A stretch of DNA of 64,000 nucleotides, from NCBI GenBank assembly GCA_965219325.1, contig OZ244723.1, forward strand, positions 1,039,963-1,103,962, written 5' to 3'. Source of the stretch: Dehalococcoidia bacterium. GTDB lineage: Bacteria > Chloroflexota > Dehalococcoidia > Lucifugimonadales > UBA2962. Position numbers and translations under genes: made by a program. Shown here piece by piece: positions 1 through 7,244 of this stretch (position 1 is its first letter; every line of letters starts with the position of its first letter). Under the pieces are notes generated by a model. The model did no database searches. It was not told the origin of the DNA and saw only the letters and a program-made list of their open reading frames with translations.

Positions 1-434
1 AAGATGGCTCCCGCTTCTCAGCCTCTTCTAAACCACGGTGTTGTACTTCGTGTGGCAGCCGTGGACAGGGTCATTTGTATCCCTTTGAACCGATGCTCGT
101 CGGGATGTCACTCAAATTCTGGTCCAACCAGACTGCCACACGCGTGTCGAGTCCAACTTCAGCGCGGACTTCATGGTGGCGATTGCTTCGGCAGGGCCGA
201 TCAGCTTTGCAACGACCATTCCAATCACTCTGACTGTTCCGTTGTCTACCAAGGCCCCGAAGTGGGGTCCCATTTGCTGTCCGCGACGGCGCCCACCGGT
301 TGGTTCAGGCCGCCAGCATGTGACTTTGCTGTCGACCTGCACGCTATCGGGCTCCCATATCGTTGGTAAGTGCTCAAAGCCACAACTGCACAGGGCATTT
401 GTGGGGACAGCAGTCCGGGCTAATGAACCTGTGA

Positions 435-590
435 ACAGGTACATGTGCCCTGACGGTGTCGCCGGGTGTGGCCGACGATGTGGGAACTGAGGGTGTGGAG
501 GTGGGGGAGAACACCATCATCGTGACGGTGACCGCCGAGGACGGAACGACTCGAGACTACACTGTCACGATAACGCGGGAGGCCGGGTAA
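435..590 (+). pseudogene. 3' remnant of a cadherin-like/Ig-like beta-sandwich repeat protein gene
   Basis: Frame 3 reads TGTCALTVSPGVADDVGTEGVEVGENTIIVTVTAEDGTTRDYTVTITREAG followed by TAA at 588-590. The G.NTI.VTVTAEDG.T..YTVT.TR ending is typical of cadherin-like beta-sandwich repeats. There is an in-frame TGA at 432-434 and no start codon, so only a fragment remains. Confidence 0.4.
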
Positions 591-781
591 GAGGGTCAAT
601 CTTGGGGGTGAAGGAGGGGGTGACAGGCCCGCCCCCGAAGTGTGGTCAGGCCGAGGGGCACGGCCACGTCACGTTCCATTTCGGTTGATCGGCTCCGGCG
701 GGCTCTGCGATACGTCGCCGTCAGAATACTCGTGGCGCAACCACGTCAGTCCCCTGTGCACGACCCGGGCTGGATTTGCTG

Positions 782-808
782 AAACGCAAAAGAGGCGGCA
801 CACATTGG
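782..808 (+). repeat. copy 1 of ~26-nt dispersed motif AAACGCAAnAGGGGC(n)CACATACATGG
   Basis: aaacgcaaaagaggcggcacacattgg. It lies just beyond the hairpin GGGGAAGGA...TCCTTCCCC at 815-846. Confidence 0.5.
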
Positions 809-859
809 TGGACAGGGGAAGGAACCGAATCCCGGTGTCCTTCCCCCGTGTATTGCGCC

Positions 860-1012
860 CCAGCGTCTCGCACCGGCCAATTCCGTTTGACGCTCCTGCT
901 CAAGCGTCAGCGCCCACTCGAGCAGTGACACCGTTGCGGGCTGTGGCTTACTCTTGTGGCGCTCAGGACCATATGGCTCTGCGGCCATGAACTTTGTCAA
1001 GGAGAACAGGGA
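860..1012 (-). pseudogene. 5'-truncated paralog fragment of the 4064-4495 gene (C-terminal part only)
   Basis: The minus-strand translation LFSLTKFMAAEPYGPERHKSKPQPATVSLLEWALTLEQERQTELAGARR aligns with CLFSWAEFMAAEPAKPKRRRRKPLPTTASLFEWALTLEQEREAELVGTGR* of the 4064-4495 product. DNA blocks 891-925 vs 4095-4129 and 975-1010 vs 4179-4214 are visibly similar. The homologous stop TAG is TGG here (860-862), so the reading frame runs on to 746 (ORF track 746..1000). Confidence 0.5.
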
Positions 1013-1089
1013 TAGCGAGACGTGCAGAAATGAATTCGGCTAAAGCCGGCCGAGTGTCACCAATGTACCGAACTACAAGGACTGGGTTG

Positions 1090-1494
1090 ATGAGCAGCAG
1101 GTTGTTCAACTCCGGATCAATGGCGGTCCTGTTCCTGCTCACATTGATGCTATTCGTCGCCTGCGGAGACGACATTAAGGTGGGGTTCACTGTCTCCCAC
1201 AGCTCTCCGCCAACAGGTGCGCCGACGATCAGTGGAACGGCGCAAGTAGGCCAGACCCTAACAGCCGACACGTCTGGAATCTCCGACGCCGATGGGTTGA
1301 CCAACGTGGCCTACAGCTACCAGTGGCTGGCTGACGACACGGAAATCAACGGGGCCACTAGTTCCACCTACACGCTTCAGGCATCCGACGACGGCAAGGT
1401 CATCAAGGTGCGGGTTACCTTCACGGATGACAATGGCGGCGACGAGTCGTTGATCAGCGAAGGTACGGCGGCGGTGGTGATGGACGGGTCGTAG
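1090..1494 (+). CDS. small lipoprotein with one Ig-like adhesin-type repeat
   Basis: ORF track 994..1494 trimmed to ATG 1090, which has AAGGA 8 nt upstream. Signal peptide MSSRLFNSGSMAVLFLLTLMLFVAC has a lipobox Cys. It is followed by the repeat pattern GTAQVGQTLTADTSGISDADGL..YSYQW..D..I.GATSSTYTL..SD.GK.I.V.VTFTDD.G. Confidence 0.6.
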   Translation: MSSRLFNSGSMAVLFLLTLMLFVACGDDIKVGFTVSHSSPPTGAPTISGTAQVGQTLTADTSGISDADGLTNVAYSYQWLADDTEINGATSSTYTLQASDDGKVIKVRVTFTDDNGGDESLISEGTAAVVMDGS

Positions 1495-1643
1495 AGGACT
1501 GGATTGATGAACCCCACCGCGGGCGACGTGTAGCACAAGCTCTTCTGGCTGGTCGAGCACGACGGGTCGATGTTCGGCTTCGGCTGGCACCACGACGAGT
1601 CGGAAAGCTGAGCCAGGGACCGGTCGCGCGGCTCGAATCCGCC

Positions 1644-1668
1644 AAACGCAAGAAGGCCGCACACATGG
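1644..1668 (+). repeat. copy 2 of the ~26-nt motif
   Basis: aaacgcaagaaggccgcacacatgg. Confidence 0.5.
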
Positions 1669-1729
1669 ACGTTCGTGCGTTGCGGTGGCCCGGCCCACCT
1701 GTTCTCCAACTGAGGCGGTGTGGGGCCTG

Positions 1730-1754
1730 AAACGCAATAGGGGCCACATACACG
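1730..1754 (+). repeat. copy 3 of the ~26-nt motif
   Basis: aaacgcaataggggccacatacacg. Confidence 0.5.
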
Positions 1755-1777
1755 CCGATCGGCGAAGGCCATCCTCT

Positions 1778-1803
1778 GAACGCAGAAGGGGCGACATACA
1801 TGG
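1778..1803 (+). repeat. copy 4 of the ~26-nt motif
   Basis: gaacgcagaaggggcgacatacatgg. Its CATACATGGCC tail is identical to the sequence spanning the right IS junction (4004-4014). Confidence 0.5.
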
Positions 1804-1879
1804 CCGTGCTGGAAGAGGCAGCCCCGTGACTATTGCGGCCTCCCGCAGCGAGTTCGGGTGCCAACGGACCCGCGCAGGC

Positions 1880-1906
1880 AAACGCAAAGAAACGCCCACA
1901 TATGAA
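1880..1906 (+). repeat. copy 5 of the ~26-nt motif
   Basis: aaacgcaaagaaacgcccacatatgaa, immediately downstream of the stop of the minus-strand gene 1919-2275. Confidence 0.5.
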
Positions 1907-1918
1907 TGAGTGGGCCTG

Positions 1919-2275
1919 TCATCCAGTCCAGTCGCCTGACAGGCCCGGGTCGGTCTCTCTCGAAAGCGTGTCGGCGACCTGGCGGTAAGCCTCCGCCTCG
2001 TCCGTCTTTCCTTCGGCCGCGAGGGCAGAGCGGCGCATCCTGGCAAAGGGGATGGCCAGCCCCTTGCAACCGCCGCACACCGTCGGCAGCGACAAAAGGT
2101 GTCTCCTTCGCTCAAGATAGTCCTGCACGGTGGTCAGGTCGAGGACGGAGACTTCGGCTCCGCAGAGGGCTTCCTCCTCCCTGGCATCGGCGTCGAACAG
2201 GTGCATCTCGATCAATTCGCAGTTCCTTTCGGTGTCCGGTCGCTTCACAGGATCCCTGTCTCTCGTGGTTCCCAT
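1919..2275 (-). CDS. hypothetical small Cys-containing protein (118 aa)
   Basis: ORF track 1919..2428 trimmed to internal Met52 (MGTTRDRDPVKRPDTERNCELIEMHLFD...VCGGCKGLAIPF...). The longer version would run into the IS left end. I recognise no family, and the start is uncertain. Confidence 0.4.
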   Translation of the reverse strand: MGTTRDRDPVKRPDTERNCELIEMHLFDADAREEEALCGAEVSVLDLTTVQDYLERRRHLLSLPTVCGGCKGLAIPFARMRRSALAAEGKTDEAEAYRQVADTLSRETDPGLSGDWTG

Positions 2276-2303
2276 TCGCCTTCTCCGTTCTTTGAAAGTC
2301 TTA

Positions 2304-2328
2304 AAACGACAAAAGAGCCTCATATGAG
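2304..2328 (+). repeat. copy 6 of the ~26-nt motif, interrupted by or merged with the IS left end
   Basis: aaacgacaaaagagcctcatatgag. The last bases are the IS terminal repeat. Confidence 0.4.
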
Positions 2329-2341
2329 CCTGTCTCAGAAG
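2323..2341 (+). repeat. IS left terminal inverted repeat
   Basis: tatgagcctgtctcagaag. Confidence 0.85.
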
Positions 2342-2411
2342 TCGGGAGACTTGGTATCGGAAACGGCATTGGGCTACCTTTAAGGCGACCTGCGGAGAGG
2401 AGCCCGAGAAG

Positions 2412-3876
2412 ATGCCGCTTCGAGACATGGACCGAGAGCAGGCTTGGCTGTTGCCGCCGTCTCTAGACGATCTGTTGCCGTTGGATCACCCGGCGCGTTT
2501 CGTCGCCGAATTCGTGGAAGCGTTGGATAGGGGCGACTGGACGGAGCTTGGCGTGGAGATAGAAGGCGACCCGATGGGAGCGCCGGCCTACCACCCTCGG
2601 GCGCTGCTGAGCGTTTGGCTGTACGGCTTCATGACCGGGGTTCGCTCTTGTCGCAAGTTGGAGACAGCCTGCCGGGACCAGATACCGTACCTGTGGCTGA
2701 CAGGGTGGCAGCATCCAGACCACAACACCTTGTGGAGATTCTACAAAGGGCATCGCCGGGCTATGAGGAAGCTGTTCGAGCGGACGGTGAGGACAGCGGT
2801 GACGATGAAGCTGTTGGACCTGGCGGTACAGGCCGTGGATGGTACAAAGGTGGGCGCCAACGCATCGGTGTACAGGACCCACAACGCCGAGGAATTGCGG
2901 CAGCTATTGAACCGGATAGAGGCGGCGATACGTGACCTTGAAGCTCAGAACGAAGCGGGAGAAGATACAGCCGCCGTCCATCTGCCCGGGGAGCTGGCCA
3001 ATAAGGAGATACTGAGGGAGCAGGTGAGGCAGGCGATGGCCGACCTTGAAAGTAAGGAACGCCAGAATCGCATTAACCTCACGGACGGAGACGCCCGGCT
3101 GATGAAGACGCGTGGTAGCGTTTTGCTCGGTTACAACGCCCAGGCTATGGTCTCACCCTTGGAACCTGATGGGGGAGCGACCGGTATGTTCATCACGGCA
3201 GTCGGCATGGCGGACGATGGTCGTGACGATCCTCAGTTGGCTCCGATGATTGAGCAGGCTGAGGAGACGACGGGAACAAAGTCAGAGATGACGTTGGCCG
3301 ACGCCGCCTACCACTCCGGCAAGGGCTTGGAAGAATGCGCTCGCAGAGATCAGTCGGTTGCGATGCCGGAGACGCGACAACAGCTGCTTGGGGACCCGTA
3401 TCACAAGGACCGATTTACCTATGACGAGCCCAGCGACAGCTTCATGTGCCCGCAGGGACAGAGGCTCGAGTATCTTCGTATCCAACGCCTGAATGGAGTC
3501 CCGTGGCGTCTGTATCGAGCCTCTGAGGGCGTCTGCCAGGCGTGCCCTGCCTTCGGAGTCTGTACGAGGTCCCAAAGGTTCGGCCGTAGTGTGACGATAG
3601 GGCCTTACGACGCTGCGCTGCCATCGTGTCTGGATGTCTACCGACGAAGCTAGAGATGCGTACAAGCGGAGAAAGCCGTTGGTCGAACCGGTCTTCGGAA
3701 TCATCAAAGAGCAACTGGCGGCTCGGCGGTTCCAGCTGCGCGGCAGGGTCAACGTGTCATCCGAGTGGACTTTGCTAGCCACAGCCTTCAACCTGCGCAC
3801 CCTCTGGAAGATTTGGCGTCTTGGCCTCTTTGCCGATCTACTTCTTCGCGGCCCAAAGCCTTACTTCGCTTCCTAG
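2412..3876 (+). pseudogene. IS1182-family transposase, interrupted by a +1 frame change near 3610-3636
   Basis: ORF 2412..3653 (MPLRDMDREQAWLLPPSLDDLLPLDHPARFV..., InsH/DUF772-like N-terminus, DGTKV, AYHSG) continues in the +1 frame as ORF 3634..3876 (STDEARDAYKRRKPLVEPVFGIIKEQL..RRFQLRG...EW.L.A.AFNLR). That second part is the usual C-terminal block of this family. I see no slippery heptamer, so a 1-nt indel or a sequencing error is more likely than programmed frameshifting. Confidence 0.75.
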
Positions 3877-3988
3877 TACTGTCGCGATAACAGCGGGCAC
3901 CATTGGTCGTAAGTCCCGCCACCTGCCTCTTCTCCTACAGGCTAACCTGTTCGGCGACTATCGTTGACCCAAGTTGGTCGCAACATCG

Positions 3989-4007
3989 CTTCTGAGACAG
4001 GCTCATA
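3989..4007 (-). repeat. IS right terminal inverted repeat
   Basis: cttctgagacaggctcata, the exact reverse complement of 2323-2341. Confidence 0.85.
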
Positions 4008-4018
4008 CATGGCCAGCT

Positions 4019-4051
4019 AGGGGGCAGTTGCATTTGCTGCGACTGCCCCCT
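4019..4051. terminator. GC-rich hairpin between the IS right end and the stop of gene 4064-4495
   Basis: aGGGGGCAGT-13 nt-ACTGCCCCCt, with TTTGCG on the plus-strand 3' side and CGCAAA on the other. The shape suggests a bidirectional terminator, but the U-tracts are short. Confidence 0.35.
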
Positions 4052-4063
4052 TTGCGTGCCGGC

Positions 4064-4495
4064 CTAGCGTCCCGTGCCGACCAGCTCGGCCTCACGCTCC
4101 TGCTCAAGGGTTAGCGCCCATTCGAACAGCGAAGCGGTAGTCGGCAGAGGCTTTCTCCTGCGTCGCTTCGGCTTGGCCGGCTCTGCGGCCATGAACTCGG
4201 CCCAGGAGAACAGGCACTGCTGTGGCTCCGTGGCCTCGTCGTCGTGGTGCTCGTTGACCGGTGCGGGCACGTGGCCGTTCGTCGCCCCGTTGACGTGGTG
4301 GGCAGTGTCCGGGACCAGTTCAACCGTCGGCCCGATGCCGATGGCGTCGCTGTGTCCATTGTCATCGGCGTGGCACCCGTTACCGTTGACCTCGACGGCC
4401 TCCGGATCGATCTGGACCGGCCTCCAGTGCTCGTCCACCAGCAGATCCTCGGCTGCGCTCTCGGCGTCCCTGGCCTGGGCGAAGACCTCCTCCAC
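4064..4495 (-). CDS. hypothetical acidic His/Asp-rich protein with basic patch and conserved C-terminal motif
   Basis: 143-aa ORF containing ...NGNGCHADDNGHSDA...HHVNGATNGH...EHHDDE...KPKRRRRKPLPTTASLFEWALTLEQEREAELVGTGR. Its C-terminal ~50 aa are duplicated as the fragment at 860-1012. No family recognised. Confidence 0.5.
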   Translation of the reverse strand: MEEVFAQARDAESAAEDLLVDEHWRPVQIDPEAVEVNGNGCHADDNGHSDAIGIGPTVELVPDTAHHVNGATNGHVPAPVNEHHDDEATEPQQCLFSWAEFMAAEPAKPKRRRRKPLPTTASLFEWALTLEQEREAELVGTGR

Positions 4496-4573
4496 GGCCC
4501 GGCCCTTGCCGCCGTCGGCCGGATCGAGACCCGGGCGATCAGCCGTCGGCCTGGGGCCGAACGCAACGACTGG

Positions 4574-5626
4574 CTAGCCCAGGCCGAGACGGTCGGCGAC
4601 CGAGTACTCTTTCGCCAGACCCCGCAGCAGGTCCCAGGTAGTTTCCTCCACCGTTATGCCCTCGACCTCAAGTCGTGCGGCGCGCGAGCTCTCCATCTCT
4701 CCGGGGTAGTAGATTTCGTCGAAGCCGGCCGCTTTGGGCGTGTCCTTAAGGTACCGGGCGAACTCAGCAACCTCCCGCTTGAAGTCCTCCAGTGGACGGA
4801 AGGCCGCCACATCGAAGGCGGCCATGAAGCAGCCGTCGTTGTGTCGACCTGAGGGGTCGTGGCCGAACCCCAAGCCCGTGAGTATCCCGCACAGTATCTC
4901 GATCATGACCGAGAGTCCGTAGCCCTTGTGACCCTCGGTGCCCCCGAGCGGCAGCTGTGCTCCCCCGTCGGCCAGGTCGTTGGGATCGGTTGATGGATTG
5001 CCGTCCTTGTCGACTATCCACCCCTCCGGGATCGAAGTCCCCCTGGCGACGGCAACGGATATCTTGCCGCCGGCCACCGCGCTGGTGGCGAAGTCGATGA
5101 ACATCGGACCATCCAGATCGCTTGGCACCGCCATGCAGATGGGGTTTGTACCCAATCGCCTTCTTCGCCCCCCGAAGGGCACCACGTTCTTTGCCGATCT
5201 CCCCGAGTCGGCTGTCATCAGGCCGATCAGCCCGCGTTCCGCCGCCATCAGCGGGTAGTCGGTAAGACGCCCCACGTGGCTCTGCCGGAAAACGGTTGCC
5301 GCCGCAACCCCTCGGGCTAGCGCCTTTTCGATGGTGATGTCCATGGCCCGTTCCGAGACGACGTACCCGAAGCCCCAGTGGCCGTCTATGACTGTGGACG
5401 CATCGGTTTCGGTCACGATCTCGATGGGCGCGCCCGGGACTATGTGGCCACGCCGTATCCGGTCGATGTAAACGGGGATCTGGATGATGCCGTGCGAGTC
5501 GTGTCCTGCGAGGTTCGCGGCGATCGAGTGGCGGGCCACTATCTCGGCTTCCTCGGCGCTGGCCCCGGCCGCGCAGAGCAGGACCCGCTCGATTTCCATC
5601 AACCTTTCCGCCGGTACGGTCGGCAT
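4574..5626 (-). CDS. Ldh_2 family oxidoreductase (malate/L-lactate/ureidoglycolate dehydrogenase type 2)
   Basis: ORF track 4574..5764 trimmed to ATG 5626, with GGAG upstream. Recognised blocks: AGHDSHGI..IP.Y, GFGY, FGG.RR.LGTNP, GGK, PLGG..GHKGYGL. Confidence 0.85.
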   Translation of the reverse strand: MPTVPAERLMEIERVLLCAAGASAEEAEIVARHSIAANLAGHDSHGIIQIPVYIDRIRRGHIVPGAPIEIVTETDASTVIDGHWGFGYVVSERAMDITIEKALARGVAAATVFRQSHVGRLTDYPLMAAERGLIGLMTADSGRSAKNVVPFGGRRRRLGTNPICMAVPSDLDGPMFIDFATSAVAGGKISVAVARGTSIPEGWIVDKDGNPSTDPNDLADGGAQLPLGGTEGHKGYGLSVMIEILCGILTGLGFGHDPSGRHNDGCFMAAFDVAAFRPLEDFKREVAEFARYLKDTPKAAGFDEIYYPGEMESSRAARLEVEGITVEETTWDLLRGLAKEYSVADRLGLG

Positions 5627-5757
5627 CTTCCTACTCCTAATCTCCGGACCGTGATCTTCAGGGTCCACGTTCTCACTGCGAGAGTTGCGATAATATCGTT
5701 TCCCCCGTCGGCGGAAGGATACTTGCCGGCGGACGGCTTGGACAGGGATGGTCGGTA

Positions 5758-6132
5758 ATGACAAGGCGCATACGAATCACGTCAGGCGAGGTCGCCGTCA
5801 CCGCGAGGCTCGTCGCAAGCGAGACGGCCGAACTCGTCTGGGACGCCCTGCCGCTGGAGGCCACCGCCAGCACATGGGGCGATGAGATCTACTTTCGCAC
5901 CCCGATCTCAACGGGGGAGTCTCCGGATTCCCGGGCCGTACAGGAGGTGGGGGCCGTCGCCTACTGGCCTTCGGGCCAGGCTCTGTGCCTTTTCTTTGGA
6001 CCAACGCCCGCCAGCACCGGGAACGAGCCGAGGGCGATCAGCCCGGTCAACCCCGTCGGCATGATCGAGGACGACCCTCGGGTGCTCAGGTCCATCGGGC
6101 AGGGAGCGGGCATCCTGGTGGAGCGGTCATGA
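5758..6132 (+). CDS. cyclophilin-like fold protein (DUF3830-like)
   Basis: MTRRIRITSGEVAVTARL...ALPLEATASTWGDEIYF.TPI...AYWPSGQALCLFFGPTP is the typical pattern of this small family. Confidence 0.7.
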   Translation: MTRRIRITSGEVAVTARLVASETAELVWDALPLEATASTWGDEIYFRTPISTGESPDSRAVQEVGAVAYWPSGQALCLFFGPTPASTGNEPRAISPVNPVGMIEDDPRVLRSIGQGAGILVERS

Positions 6133-6154
6133 CCGGCTCGTCGCATCCGCATCC

Positions 6155-6829
6155 ATGACGGCCAGCTTCGTTCAGTGGCTGCGGGAATCGGTGGCCGAGC
6201 AGTGGGATCGAGAGAAGGCCCATCCCTTCGTTACCGGCATCGGCGACGGCACGCTGCCCATCGGCTCGTTCCGCTTCTACATGAGACAGGACTATGTCTT
6301 TCTCATCGGCTTTTGCCGTGCGGTGGCACTGGCGGCGGCCAAGGCCGAGCGACTTGAGGATATGGCCTGGTTCGCCCGGCTCTTGGACGAGACTCTAAAT
6401 ACGGAGATGGCACTGCACGTCTCGTTCTGCGGGGAGTTCGGCATAGCGGAACAAGAGCTTTTGGAAACGGAGCCCTCGCCGATGACGAAGGCCTACATCG
6501 ACCACCTTGTGGGCACCGCATACGGCGGCACCGCTTTGGAGGCCGCGGCGGCCATCCTCCCGTGCTCGTGGGGGTATGCCGAGATCGGTCGCACCCTGGC
6601 GGACCGCGGCCTGCCGGACGGACAGCCCCTCTACCGCCGCTGGATCGAAACCTACGCCTCACCTGAGTTCGCCGCGCTGGCAGACTGGCTGCGCTCCTAT
6701 CTGGACGGGGCCGCCGAGGGCATAGGAGAGGATGGACGGCGCCGCCTGGCCGAGATATTCGAAATTAGCAGCCGTTATGAGTACATGTTCTGGGATTCAG
6801 CGTATCGCCAGGAAGACTGGTGCACCTGA
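6155..6829 (+). CDS. tenA: TenA family thiaminase II / aminopyrimidine aminohydrolase
   Basis: HPFV.GIGDGTL....F.FYM.QDYVFL...CR, ...ILPCSWGYAEIG, and YEYMFWD at the C-terminus. Confidence 0.85.
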   Translation: MTASFVQWLRESVAEQWDREKAHPFVTGIGDGTLPIGSFRFYMRQDYVFLIGFCRAVALAAAKAERLEDMAWFARLLDETLNTEMALHVSFCGEFGIAEQELLETEPSPMTKAYIDHLVGTAYGGTALEAAAAILPCSWGYAEIGRTLADRGLPDGQPLYRRWIETYASPEFAALADWLRSYLDGAAEGIGEDGRRRLAEIFEISSRYEYMFWDSAYRQEDWCT

Positions 6830-6959
6830 TCCCGGGTAACGCGGTGGGAACCCTGCCGCTCGAAGAGATCGCAAATGCGCATTTGGTGGGTGAAAAACGC
6901 CTTTTCCGGCGGCCCGCTTCGCGCTTCAATTGGGCCTAACGGGGAGGGTTTCGGAGAAG

Positions 6960-7244
6960 ATGCCCAAGAGCAAGAGCAAAAGGCACGTCGAGGCCGAACA
7001 GGCCTGCGAGCACTACTGGATAATAGAGTCTCCTAACGGGCCCACGAGCGCCGGGGTCTGCCAGGTATGCGGTGAGACGCGCGATTTCGCCAACTACCTT
7101 GAGAGTTCGGCATGGAGCAGCGCCGGGGTCACGCTGCAGCAGCTGTCCGAGGCTGAGCTGCGCAGAAAGTCGGCATCGGCCGGCAGGCGCAAGCCCGGTG
7201 GCCCACCCGGCAAGCGGGCGGTGACCGGCACCAGAGGCGCCTAG
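6960..7244 (+). CDS. hypothetical small protein with a C-x-x-C Zn-ribbon-like knuckle
   Basis: ORF track 6930..7244 trimmed to MPKSKSKRHVEAEQACEHYWIIESPNGPTSAGVCQVCGETRDF, with a basic low-complexity tail. Function unknown. Confidence 0.45.
   Translation: MPKSKSKRHVEAEQACEHYWIIESPNGPTSAGVCQVCGETRDFANYLESSAWSSAGVTLQQLSEAELRRKSASAGRRKPGGPPGKRAVTGTRGA

Larger units (their letters stand above)
2323..4007 (+). mobile_element. IS1182-family (IS5 superfamily) insertion sequence, ~1.7 kb
   Basis: Perfect 19-bp terminal inverted repeats (2323-2341 TATGAGCCTGTCTCAGAAG; 3989-4007 is its reverse complement) bracket a DDE transposase gene. The boundary is ambiguous by up to 6 bp, because CTCATA occurs at both junctions (2319-2324 and 4002-4007) and could instead be a target duplication. 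Confidence 0.8.

Noticed and set aside
112-444. 110-aa minus-strand ORF, plus ORFs 4-369(+) and 173-490(+) at the left edge.
   Set aside because: They overlap one another and have Cys/His/Arg-rich composition with no motifs. None can be supported as coding.
1622-1644. GGTCGCGCGGCTCGAATCCGCC, which resembles the variable loop plus T-arm of the tRNAs in this window (possible att remnant).
   Set aside because: The similarity stops at the T-stem. There is no acceptor-stem or CCA portion and no anticodon arm upstream, so it cannot be supported as a tRNA fragment or att site. It is recorded only as a curiosity inside the accessory region.
1258-2115. 285-aa minus-strand ORF spanning the motif array, plus other overlapping ORFs in 1377-2295.
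   Set aside because: Extremely Arg/Pro-rich. It overlaps the lipoprotein gene and the small Cys gene. It is better explained as a non-coding repeat-containing region.
3600-3655. Programmed ribosomal frameshift in the IS transposase.
   Set aside because: There is no slippery heptamer or downstream structure at the frame junction, and IS1182-type transposases are normally single ORFs. I treat it as an indel or pseudogene.
5627-6154. Looked for a TPP riboswitch upstream of tenA or the cyclophilin-like gene.
   Set aside because: No CTGAGA / ACCTGATCTGGATAATGCCAGC-type elements are present. The gap before tenA is only 22 nt.
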